Shown here one piece after another: positions 1-20,621 of a stretch of DNA of 64,000 bases. The notes under the pieces were generated by a model. The model was not told where the DNA came from and did not search any database. It worked only from the letters and a program-made list of their open reading frames with translations. Location of the stretch: assembly GCA_964035545.1 (NCBI GenBank), contig OZ037766.1, positions 3,710,722 to 3,774,721 on the forward strand. The letters are read 5' to 3'. Both the position numbers and the translations under genes were made by a program. Positions within the stretch are counted from its first letter, which is position 1, and every line of letters starts with the position of its first letter. This DNA is from Bugula neritina (taxonomy: Eukaryota; Animalia; Bryozoa).

Positions 1-923
1 AAAGTACGCTGTTTATAGCTGCTTTAGAGCTTTTACTTTGTATCTTTTTAGCTGTGAAGACTGTTCAATGCATAACTATCTCAACAGGTAGCTAGAAATA
101 ATAAAATTATCTAGCCAATAGCAATGAAAGACCTTGCTTTATTTGTAGTATACCAAATAGCCAAATTTGCTAGTATAGTTTAGCTAGAATTATTAACAAA
201 TTAGTAGATTTCTAATGACTCAAGCAGTTAACTATAGTAGCAAGTACAAAAACTCAATCAGCACTCAAATTTAATTGGATATTTGGAATGGAGGGAGCTG
301 AGTCACTACTGAACAAAAAGCTGGTTTGACAAAGCCAAAGGTTTTGGCAAAGCACAAACAAAAGCTATAAATAGACCCCAGTGTCCTAAAATAGGACATG
401 CAGCTGTGAGTAACATTGAATGGCAACAGCAATAAACAGCTCAATTTACTTGTAGTTTTAATAGGGTATTCAGTGTAAATAACCTAATAATAAATAACAT
501 ACTGTAGTTTAAATTGATTAAAAAGAACTAAAGTTTAATGAAATGCTTTAACAAACACTCCAAGAAAGGAAGATATTGTACAGGCTATATATTATTCTGT
601 TATCACTCTATTTGCAAATAAACTTTCCATTAGGCAAGATACTTGCGGCTATAATTTGTCAGACTGGTTTAATCCTTACTTCATCAGGTTTGCCAAGTAG
701 TTTAGCCGTTGTAGGCAAGTAGGAGTTTCTAATTTTGACACAATGTATATATAGGAAAGAGATCACAACTCTGTAATGATAGTGCTGTCTGCTATAAAAA
801 ACTTTTACTTAGTGAAATAGGCAGCCTATAGCAAATACAAAACAGCATGTAAGTTACCGGTGTGCAAGATCTTAGACATAATACTCCAAAAAAAAAATTC
901 CAATAAATTACTGAATGTTACAG

Positions 924-1189
924 ATGTCAAGATGAATTCCCAGGTCTCAACTCAACTACAGATGGTAACACAACTCTCAATAGTTCTGTGATGTTGGAAT
1001 ATAATACATGCCCTGAGGATGTTGGTCTACAGTGTTCAGGCTTTACATACAACAGCACTGTGTTTACAAGTACTATCATTAGTGAGGTGAGACTTTACTA
1101 CTTGTTTCTGATAGAATAGACTGTTGTCCTGATACCTAATAACGCATTATATTAAAGTAGCGATATGGATGCTTATAGCATTTTATTGC

Positions 1190-1258
<69 letters not shown>

Positions 1259-4200
1259 AAATATGGTGCAATGTTAGATTATTACTGCAGCAAAATATGC
1301 TAAACTAAATATGTCTAAGTAATAGATAGAAAACAGCAGCTTTTAGCTTGATTTTGAAACTAGAATTCTGAATGTATTATTGCTAGAAGGTCATCGCCAG
1401 ATCAGCTTCCTAAATTTTATAATAACCAGTTTATATAGAATTTATTTGCCAAAACAACTTTGAAACATCTGTGAAAGAACTGAAGGCATAGATAAAGCAA
1501 GATTTTTTGTAAAAGCTGTCATATGGGTAATTTACTTGTGTACTATTAGCAATCCGACTTCGTGCAAACTTTTGCATTCTAAAAAGTGAGCCCATTAGTA
1601 GCTGTCGTAACAATAAAGTAGTGAAACATCTGGCATTGTCAGGGTACAGTATTGTACTCAATAAGCGGTATACATTTTTAATGTTAGTTTAACTATTTTA
1701 TAGCTGAAAAATATCTGACATATTTCAGTTATTCAACTTTTTGGACAAATGTAAAAGACAAGCTTCTGAGTGAAAACTTTTTCATGTAGAGCAATTTTGG
1801 TCTTTATTTCTTATTCATCTTTTAACGATGTTGTAATAATTGATTGGGGTATATTTGCATTCTCAGTTTGACTTGGTGTGTGGAAGATCTTGGATTCCAA
1901 CTTATATAAACGTATTCTACATGCTTATAAGACTTCCAGCTGGTCTCGTACTTGGACAGTTTATAGACAGGTGAGAGTGAAATATTTTACATGATGAGTG
2001 TGATGACAAATAGAATATTTGGAGCAGTGTTTGAAGTAATATAGTTTAAAAGGATATTGCGTTTTGTTCTAAATTAAAATTTGGCAGCAATATTTAAAAA
2101 TTTTTTGTTAGTTTGTAAGTGTGGATGTGTCCAAATTACATCTTAAAATTGAGTCAAATTTACAAATTGATAAAACTAGGTCAGCTGATTCACAACTCTG
2201 AGAAAATTAGGTCTGTATTGGTTTTATAGGTTAGGAAGAAAGAAGGCAGTCCTGATTGGTCTGTTTCTACAAGGCGCCATTGGATTAGCATCTGCCTATT
2301 CAGTGAATGTAGAAATGTATACAGTATTCAGAACTCTATCAGCCATACCTGTCATTGCAATATGGGACAGTCTTGCAACACTTTGTAAGCATATTCTAGT
2401 AATTTGATATTATAAAGTTTAAAAGTATGTTGTAACTATGCACAATTGGGATAATACAATTATAATATGTTAATGGCTTTAATATTAACTATCATTTAGA
2501 AAATATAAAAATTTCATTTCAAGTAATTCTTTTGAGTTTCGCAGACTATTTTTACGATTTAAAAGCATAATTATAGTTACATGAAGCATTACTGGTAAAA
2601 GTGTTATTTATATGCAATACCATATTATTATGTTTCTTTGCTGTAGTAAGTGAGGTGACAACTCCACATAAAAGACCACATATTCTAATGGGAATGATAT
2701 TTGCATGGGGCACTGGAATAGTGGCTTTATCCCCTTTTGGCTATTTGATAAGAGACTGGAGAACTCTGCAAATGGCTATTAGTGTGCCCTCCTTCATATT
2801 CCTTATTGCTGGATATTGGTGAGTCATATTGATAAGCTAGCTGTTTCAATGAGTCATATTGGTGAGCTAGTTGTTTCAATGAGTCATATTGGTGAGCTAG
2901 TTGTTTTGATGAGTCATATTAGTGAGCTAGTTGTTTCAATGAGTCATATTGGTGAGCTAGTTGTTTCAAATGAGTCATATTGGTGAGCTAATTGTTTCAA
3001 TGAGTCATATTGGTGAGCTAGTTGTTTTGATGAGTCATATTAGTGAGCGAGTCGTTTCAATGAGTCATATTGGTGAGCTAGTTGTTTCAATGAGTCATAT
3101 TGGTGAGCTAGTTGTTTTGATGAGTCATATTAGTGAGCTAGTTGTTTCAATGAGTCATATTGGTGAGCTAGTTGTTTCAAATGAGTCATATTGGTGAGCT
3201 AGTTGTTTCAATGAGTCATATTGGTGAGCTAGTTGTTTCAATGAGTCATATTGGTGAGCTAGTTGTTTCAATGAGTCATATTGGTGAGCTAGTTGTTTCA
3301 ATGAGTCATATTGGTGAGCTAGTTGTTTCAATGAGTCATATTGGTGAGCTAGTTGTTTCAATGAGTCATATTGGTGAGCTAGTTGTTTCAATGAGTCATA
3401 TTGATGAGCTACCCGAACAGGACAAAGCGGAGATAGGTGAGAATATTGGTGAGTTAGTTGTTTTGATGAGTTGTTTGCTGATCATGGATGTTGTTTTATG
3501 AGTTACAAGCTAGGCTTAGGTTCTGCATAGCTCTTTCTATTTACAGGATGTATGATGAATCCCCACACTGGCTCTACAGTCAGGGAAAATATAAGGAAGC
3601 TCAACTGGTTGTGGATAAAATTGCCAGATGGAATAGAATTCCTTCTTTCCAAATGAGTGCTGCAGATCCAGCAGCTGATGGTCACAAATCAGAAGAAACT
3701 CAAGATTCTGGAGAGAGCTCACTGAAGAACAGCTGTGGGAGAATTATCAAGTCTAAGACACTAATGGCCATACTAGCTGTATGCGCATTTAGCTGGTAAA
3801 TTTTTCAGTTAAGCTATATTGTATAAAGTTCCACTCACTCCAGTACTTGCATGCCATGCACCCTTTGGTTTAGGTGACTTGCTAAAATAGCTCAGTTGAT
3901 TTCACTTGACTTACTATGAAGTATGATTCAAGTTAGAGATTTTAAAAAATTAAAATAAGTCACTTTTAAAAACCAACTATAATTTTTTTTGTATAGCAAA
4001 ACTTCAAACTTTTACTGTATGTTTATTCAGATAATTGCAAGTTTACTACTTTGAAAATTTAGTAGCTAGTAGACTGCTGGTTTAAGTAAGCTTTTGCAGC
4101 AACTAAAATATCATTACTACCGATATATTATAATTTTATTTATATCTATCCCAACTAGGTTAGCCACCAATATGGGGTATACTGGGCTAGCCTTTGGTCT

Positions 4201-5712
4201 AGGCAGCTTGGCTGGGGATGTGTATCTCAACAACCTCATTAGCGGTGTGACAGAATTCTTCGCTTACTGCATTTGTTTTCTGGTCATCCCCGGTGGAAGA
4301 AAGTTAATCTTTGTTATTCTTATGATAGTCGGTGGACTTGGTTTAGTCAGTTCAGCTGTAGTGTTGGACTTCGCTAATCGTAAGTTTACCCAACAGTCTT
4401 ATTGAAATTATAAAATACATATTAAAATAAAATTAATAGAAAGTATTCTAAATGATTGTGCATGACTAAATGAATATAAAACATGTTGCAGGTATAGAAA
4501 CTTGCAAAAAAATGTACTTAGAAGTTTTGAGCTAATTTCCCTTGCTGTTGCATTCTGATAGACTCTATGTTTTAGCATTTCAATGAAAACATAATATAAT
4601 ATATCTGTAATATGCTTGTTTAAATTAATATTAAAATTAATCTTTTATATGTAGTGATTTACTCAGAAAATTCAATTCAAAATTTGGTTACAGTTGCTAT
4701 AAAGTAGTTTACACTTATTCAAAATGGCTTATAATAAGTAAAAATTAGTTCTTTTTATTCAACTGAATAAATCTCTTTGTTTTTAGACTTAACTTGGTTA
4801 GTTATTTTGACAACAATGATTGGCCGATTGAGTTTGGCTGCTGGTTGGCAGATACAGTATTTGTGGTGTTTGGAGTTGTTTCCCACTACTATTAGACTCA
4901 CTATGGTTCAGATATCAATGATGACTGGTCACATTGGCAGTGCCGTTGCACCAATCATAAATGACTTGGTAAGCAGGGTTTTTGTCAACACTAAATATAT
5001 TTTCACTGTTTTTGGTTCCTTTGTGAACTTTAATTTACTGTATAAGGTAAATGTTAGTTAAACATATAAGGTAAAAGCTAATTTGCTAATTTACCCTAAA
5101 TTAATTTCTCACAAAAGTTACATGTTTTCAGTTATGAATTTTTGAAATGTTGTAGCCCAAGCACATAACAAACCCAGCAATACGTAAGAACATGATTTCC
5201 CCCTCAGTCTACGGAGTGCTGCTTATAGTCTCTGGACTACTTGCTATATACTTACCTGAGACTAATAATAAAGCACTGCCAGTCAGTCTAGACGGTGAAA
5301 TGACAGATACTAACAAAGGGTTTGTTATTATCATCTCTACTTTATATGAACAGTGAGATGAAACTAACAAAAATTGCTATAATGCTTGTCTGATGTAATT
5401 ATTAGAAGAATAATAAAAGATATCGATTTAATGTTTGCAATAAAGTATTTTAGGTCATCACTAGAAAACATATAACTCTTTACATGCTGGTTCATGATAT
5501 ACCTACATTGGTTGGTATAAATGAAACATTCAAGAGTATCACTGCTATGCAGCTGTACATTTCTCCTCAAAATATTGTTTTGTGTCAAAAGTGATAATAC
5601 ATTTTTTATGTCTTTATTACAAGTTTACCTAATCTTCTATTTTGGCATAATTTTTTGTAGGGTTCGGAATAGTGGAGAGTCTGCAGAGAAAATCAGCTTT
5701 TCTGCCATGTGA
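924..5712 (+). CDS. SLC22-family (organic cation/anion transporter-like, MFS) protein, copy 1; 5'-partial (exon 1 lies upstream of the window)
   Basis: Exons 924-1086, 1867-1970, 2230-2384, 2647-2818, 3547-3795, 4159-4379, 4787-4968, 5156-5319, 5661-5712; all GT-AG and phase-consistent. Motifs: STIISEFDLVC, DRLGRK, RDWRTLQ, ESPHWL, ELFPTTIR, LPET. Confidence 0.92.
1191..1254. repeat. (TA)n microsatellite
   Basis: Pure TA run in an SLC22 copy 1 intron. Confidence 0.97.
2819..3410 (+). repeat. 30-bp minisatellite (~20 units, TGAGTCATATTGGTGAGCTAGTTGTTTCAA) starting at the 5' splice site after exon 2647-2818 of SLC22 copy 1
   Basis: Directly visible; gives rise to the spurious SMSHIGELVV / LKQLAHQYDS ORFs. 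Confidence 0.97.
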
Positions 5713-7266
5713 TGGATTCATAATAAAATATTAGTATAGGTCATACCATGTAATAAATTCATTATATAACTTTTCTGCTGTGTGACAAATCCATAAAAAT
5801 GAATTTTTTTGCTACATGAAATATTTATAATATAAGTTTTCTACTATTTGTCAGAATTACAATATAACTTGCCTTCAAAAGAAAATAAATTGAAGTATAT
5901 GTCAAAAGTTTTCCCAAATTACCATTTTGAAAAATTTTTCTAAATAAACATTGCATTTAATGCTTAAGCATAATGGAGATTGGTTGGTCAAAAAATTTTT
6001 CAATAGCGCATAATTTTACCAATATCCATATTGCTGATTCAAATTTACTTCATTGATGTCAAGTTATAATATATTAACAAAATATATCTTGTAGTTTTTA
6101 GTTTGAACATTTTTTTCTTCTACAAAAATTAAATATTTGTGCTACTATGCCGTGCCGTATAACGAATAAATACTAGAGTTGCAGATTTTATTCAATACAC
6201 ATGTACGATGATGTTTTACTTTTCTGAGCCAAATAAGATTATATATTCACTATAGAACTTGTTTCTAAATCATGATGATTGCAATGCAATATTGCTCAAT
6301 ATTAGTAAACTGTATGCAAAATTTTTAAAACTCATAAGAGCAAAAGTATGTTGGTTAAGACTTTATGCATACAAGTCAGTAGCTTTATGTTACTGCAATA
6401 ACATGCTGCTGTCAACTTTCTTTAAAAAAAAATTAGACTAGCACAAACTAAAAACATTCACAAAAGAAGAGTAAAACACGAGTAAGAATTTAGGTGGTGC
6501 AAATTTCCTTTTTAGATGAACTAGACTAGTAATTTACTATAAGCTTTTGTAAGTCACAGCTTCATACATAAACCCCTCACTTAAGCTAACAAAACACTAT
6601 AATTACCTTGGGAGTTAAATAAGAGTTATGACAAAGCAAGCTTCTCTTGAAATCATAAGCTATATTTAATCGGAAAGTCACTTAATTCAAAAACTGTTTC
6701 ACGCAGTTTGCACTATCTAGGCACAGACTAAGATATAAATAGTAGGCTTTAATGTATATTTAAATTAATGGTACTATACAATCAGTTAGATAATTACAAG
6801 ATACCACCTTGATTATATATTTCTTATCAGAAGTCTACACTAGTGTGGGAGGAAACTTGTTTGTCTGGTTTATTATTAACGTCTTCTATCTTTTCTACAC
6901 CATTTGACCACCCGATTACTCTTGATACTGCGTAGCTACTTCAGTTTAGGTAACAATTATTAGCATAAGTTTTATGTTTGAAAAGATGCGTTTAAAGTTA
7001 AAAAGGTACGCATGCGTGTCTATAAGTTAGAAGTTCCGTTAAGGTTTGAGTTTGCCAAAGTATTGTAGCAAAGACTATAAAACAGTTAGCCCTGGACTAA
7101 TTTTGCAAGGATAGGAGAATAATATATACAGACTATAATTACCATTACATAATAAGTTTAGTTTATGAAGTTTGTATATGGTTGGGAGTGGTTAAAGTGA
7201 GTATATAAATAGATAGGATAGAAAATGTGCTTCATTTCCATTCAGCAACACATCAAATACACAAAT

Positions 7267-15293
<8,027 letters not shown>

Positions 15294-17524
15294 ATTAATA
15301 GTGATAAGTAAATTCTGGGTATTACTAAGATTTTACTTCTTATAACTGGGTGGCTCTTTTGTTACAGCACTTTGGAATTGTCTCATCAAATAGATTTCTA
15401 CTTTTATTAGCTATAATTATCTGAGAAAACAACTTGTCTTGTCATAATGATTCCATACTTTGATTAACTCATTTGCTATTATATCTCCTGGAATGTCTGC
15501 TTCAATCTGTGAATATTTACACAGTTATGACATATATATATATAAAGAAGTTGTTAAGAAATGTTTAACCGTGCATGCATTTTTAGAGCAGAGAAAAATG
15601 AATACAAGTCTTCTGGCGGTAGCTTGGAATGCGAAAGTCACAAACTATGACAGTACCAAGTAACTAGAAGTATTACAATCAGCATGCAAAGACATTTGTA
15701 GTCAAACTTGACAACATAAACAATTCTACAAATATTCCTATATAATAATTACGCCTTTTAATTGCTACTAAAAACGTTGAGTTCAGTAAATGTTCTGAAG
15801 GTGAAGAAACATAATTTTTAAGGAATTATGTTGTATAAATACAAATGCGCAATGTGTGTATGAGTCTGTATTTAATTATTTTTCATTTTTATTGAGCAAA
15901 TATTTAGGAATAAAATTTCAGCTGTCCTATTTAGTTAAAATATACATAACACTATTATACAATATTACTGTACAATATCAAATACTTTACTAGGTATTAT
16001 GTGATACTAAGCAAGTTGTGAGCATATATGCAACTCCTTTTGTAGTATTACACATGCTATAATTTTATTATATCAAGTATTGCTAATGGGTTGAAGTTAA
16101 TGAAATTTGAGGTTTATTATACCAACACTGGTATTATATAAACTTATTGTTTGTGTAAGCAGGTCTATTAACAGAAAGTTAAATAAATAAAATATGTTAT
16201 GGTGTAACTGTGAATAACACTGTACCATATAATTTTGTACAAGAGCTGCATGTAAATTCTTGCTATGCTTGGTTTGGCAACTGTCAACCTTCGGTCTATC
16301 TTAAATAAAGCCTGGGAAGACAGATTTATTAATAAAAATCCCTTTCCAATGTCCTTAGCTTGTAATTGAGAGTTGTGCTCCCTTGGCAGGTACATACCTT
16401 AATCAAGCTTCTAATAACTGGAGTGGCGATAGTCAATAGACTAAGCGATTAATGGGATTTATATCCTAGCTGTTACTGCAGTACATACCAATAAACAAAT
16501 TATTGTAAGAAAATCTTTTAAGCTCACTTTTTCAAAATTCACCATGATGAAAGACTATTTAACATTTCTTTTGAAACACTAATAATATGTTTACTACTAT
16601 CAAAACTAATATTTCTTTCTTGAACGAACAAATAATTATATAGCTTAATTTGAGTTTTTTGTACCAGTCAAACTTTATGTTTTTATGGGACTGCTCTTTA
16701 TAATAAGGTAAAAGTGTGCATACTTGTTAAGAGGGCATAACTCTAATTTATATAATGAATCATGGAGACATTGGGAAGTGGTCTATTACTGATTCAGGAT
16801 CGCGTCATTCAAATAGACGATTTTCTACTTGCATTGGGCCATACATGTCAGGAGAATCCTTTGACTCTTACTCCATGAAGTGCTAAGATTTAGAGACAAG
16901 CTAGCTAGCAGACCATATAGCTCAAATTCAACAGTGTCATCTTCAGCACCTTTAAAACTTTAGCATTGCACCTGTTGCCTGGAATATCCTCTCTGAAGGC
17001 CGCCAAGCTGAAGATCCAAACTAAATGTTGGTCATTGCCATGTTGCTACTGCAAAGTTAGAAAAGATATGACAAATGGTGATTATAGAAAATTTTAGCAT
17101 TGTCACATGTGTAACAGATAAATGAAATCCTGCTTATACCTGTAAGCTATAAGCTATAAGCTATAACGTATATAATATTATTATTATTATTGATTGATAT
17201 ATTACATGTAATTACAGACATGAAAACATGTTGCAATATCACGATAAATGATATTTTTAAAGTACTGTATAATACCAGCAAATTCAGACTGATCAATTGG
17301 TTAATAAATACATATACTTTTCTCACATCTAGATAAGTCTTCTCTGCATCAGTTTATTTTCAGTGTCACTGTCTTCATTCATTTGCCATTAATAAATAAT
17401 CATTATTATATAATCTATAATACTAAGTCAACAACTTAAATATACAGACGCTAAAACAGCTGCAGCTGTTAATGTGCTATAGATCCTTGTCAACAGAGTT
17501 TGTATTTTGTAGTCGTATAAACGT

Positions 17525-17577
17525 ATATTATATTTCTGAATATATATATTATATTTCTGAATATATACATTATATTT

Positions 17578-17640
<63 letters not shown>
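17525..17640. repeat. 21-bp AT-rich repeat (3 units) running into a (TA)n microsatellite
   Basis: Directly visible. Confidence 0.92.
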
Positions 17641-17644
<4 letters not shown>

Positions 17645-18970
17645 TAGACTGAATATATATATGAGAAATATACAGCACCTATAGGGCTAGCATTATATGA
17701 ATATTTCAATGAAGATTTTTCCCATTTGTCAAAATATTAATTGTTATTTGCTGTACATGCTGAGTTGGTTTGCAAATTTAAAGCTCATGTTTTACATTAC
17801 GTCTCTAAATACCTTATATCCAAGGTTAACAATTTGTACCAATGATGTATCATGCAGGATTATGACTATTTTTAACAACTGGCTACTTATAATGTGGATC
17901 GTGAAGAAAGTTTACTAGTATTAACTAATATATAGATCAAAAATAAAAAACGTATAAAATAAGTAATTTTGTTGTAAATTTGTGCTTCATTTGTATTATT
18001 AGTAGGGTTATTTAGGCAATGCTACTACGCCAAGTTCACGGTAATTATAGCTTTATTTAATCACTAAACACGATAAGTAAAACTGTACAACATTATAAAA
18101 ACACCTAAATAATCAAAAGTAGCATAACCACAACTAGACACTAGTGATTCTAAACTCTACCTGCCGGCTATTCAAGCACCCTAGCTGCCAGCTCAAGTTG
18201 TTAGGCTCTGCCTACTCGTTAATTGCTAATAGTGCCCACCCCATCCCAGTACACGACACTGGCTTCGCTGATTAGCTATCACAGCTGGCACCATCACGAT
18301 AGTTGATGAGTTGTCCTTTCTTCACATACGGAGTTATCTTTTCGATATGAATAATACAAAATCTCTGCACTATATAATATTATTTTGTTAACATAGCTAT
18401 AGTAAATGATTAGGATTGCATTCTTGATTTAATCAACAAGCCAAACTAATGTAACATAATTGGAGAAAAACCTAAGAAGTTGGGTGTGCAGTGTACATAA
18501 AGTATATACTTATATTAGGCATTATAAAGCGTAAAAAATTAATGCATTAAGCTACAAAACGGATTACTTTTCATGACACAAACTCAAGTTTGTTACTGCA
18601 GTATGCTAATTCAAACCTTTACACATTCACTCCTTTCACTACATATATTATGGTTTCTGCTTGATTCCAAGTTTTACTAAGCTTTTTCAATCTATCTTCA
18701 ATTTCTGGCTGCACTATATTGCACAGTGATGTGTTATTAGTACTGGTATAACTGATGGTTTTGCATTTTTATTTTAACAATTGTTTTACTGTCGTTATCA
18801 AATATGGAGTTGTTGCCTATTACGAGATAGAGTAACGGCAGTTTCGGAGTGGGAAGCTATCATCAAATAGATTGGCCGACAGTTTTAGTAGACAACTCTT
18901 ACAATCTTCAGCTCTCTTACTACGCTTCCAGTTTTTCGTACCTTCCAATTCTAAGGAAATGTGTGTAAAA

Positions 18971-20225
18971 TAGTCATAATCATAATGATAATAATAATCA
19001 TAATGATGTTAGTCTTACTATTACTATTAGGTTTCAACAATTAACACTGTTACCAATAGATTATTCCATGAAAATATTTTACCAAGTTAACAATTGTCTT
19101 TTACTTTTAGCGTATCGCTTAGAGTTAGACTTAGTCAGTTACTCATACTGAGTCTGATACAGTCATTGAGTGAGTCATACAGTCAATCAATAAGTCATGT
19201 CATTGTCATACTCAGTCTCATAGTCATACTGATACTCATAGTGATATTCATAGTCATACTGATACTCATAGTGTTACTTGGAGTTAATGTGTTAGTGTTA
19301 CTGTTACTGTTAGACTTGGACTTACTCTTACTCTTAGGCTAAACTTAGAGGTGATTTTTCTTTCATACTTAATCTTATTCAATTTCATGTTGTTACTCAT
19401 ACTGACACTCATACTCATAGAGATAGACCATAGTCAAAGTGATAGTGATGCTGTTTGTTTCAAACTTTTCTGTAAGTGTTCGTGCGAGTGTGTCGAAAAA
19501 GATTTAATTAAAATTGAATAGTTGATTTTTTTAGTAAAACTAAAAGTGTAACACTTACACTAAGTTTAACCAGTAACCGTAACACTTAGACTAAACCATA
19601 AAAGTTAGATGGCGTAACACCAACTCACCCTCAGTATGAGTATCAATAACACTATCAGTATTACTATGACTCATAATATTAGTATTACTATTGCTAATTA
19701 GTAATTAGTATTACTCTATTAGTATGACTATTAGTGTTACTATTATAATATTAGTATGAGTATCAGCATGACTATCAGTATCAGATTCAGACTTGGTGAG
19801 TATCACTATTACTATTAGTATTAGTATGAGAATGAGTATCACTGACAATGTCATTATGATTATGATAGTTATAGCCAGACTATGATTTTCAGTATGCCTA
19901 TGACCATATGACTATGAGTATAAGTATTATGTATCACTATCAATGTGAATATCACTATGAGTTTGTAATAACTACTATGAGTACTGTGACTATGATTCTG
20001 GTAAAAAGCACCAAATTCAACATGATCATAATCAAAATAAAATAACAAACCATTGCTTTCAGTAGTAATAAATTATTTAATTCCAATGTTTACATTATGA
20101 TTAGCAGTAGCAATCACACTGAATCAGATTTATTATTTAATATTTTGATTATCATACTCATCATCATACTGATACCAAATAATAAGTTTAGCTATTATTA
20201 TTAGTATTAATAATAATAGCCATAA
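18971..20225. repeat. Degenerate hexamer-periodic tract (CATAGT/CATACT/TAGTAT-type units), 5' of the SS18-like CDS
   Basis: Visible 6-bp periodicity; the left part (~19090-19450) and right part (~19630-20000) are in opposite orientation. Confidence 0.75.
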
Positions 20226-20621
20226 TTAATATTTTTATAGATACTTGTAAACTTATTTTACATCAAATAAAATTAAAATGAGTTATACTCTAATATTGAA
20301 AAGTTTGGTAATGTAAAAAAAGCTATAAATCAATGAGTCTGCATGTTAATTGTTTAATGCTCGCCCTATTTAGTGTACATATGTTAATGTCAATATGAAG
20401 CATATGTTTTTTTCCTAAAGTTTTGTTATTATCAAACATTCTAATGGTTTATTAATGTGCTTGAAAACAGCTTTGCTTGATATATTGGAATATATCATTT
20501 AATTGATCTGCTTATAATTTTAAAAATGATTTAATGAAAAAATTTTAAAACTGGCATGCGTAGAATGTATTCTTGTCCAATATTTGTTATAAATGATATT
20601 CTGATTTTATTTTTAGATATT

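Noticed and set aside
2961-3501. ORFs with SMSHIGELVV / LKQLAHQYDS repeats, and a CRISPR-like look of the array
   Set aside because: Translation of a 30-bp intronic minisatellite; the units are contiguous with no unique spacers, there are no cas genes, and the context is eukaryotic.
17428-17918. YIYIYI ORFs
   Set aside because: Translations of (TA)n and adjacent AT-rich repeats.
19094-19342. Hydrophobic ILIVIL ORF resembling a membrane peptide (similar ORF at 57981-58184)
   Set aside because: By-product of the hexamer-periodic tracts; non-ATG starts and no splice support.
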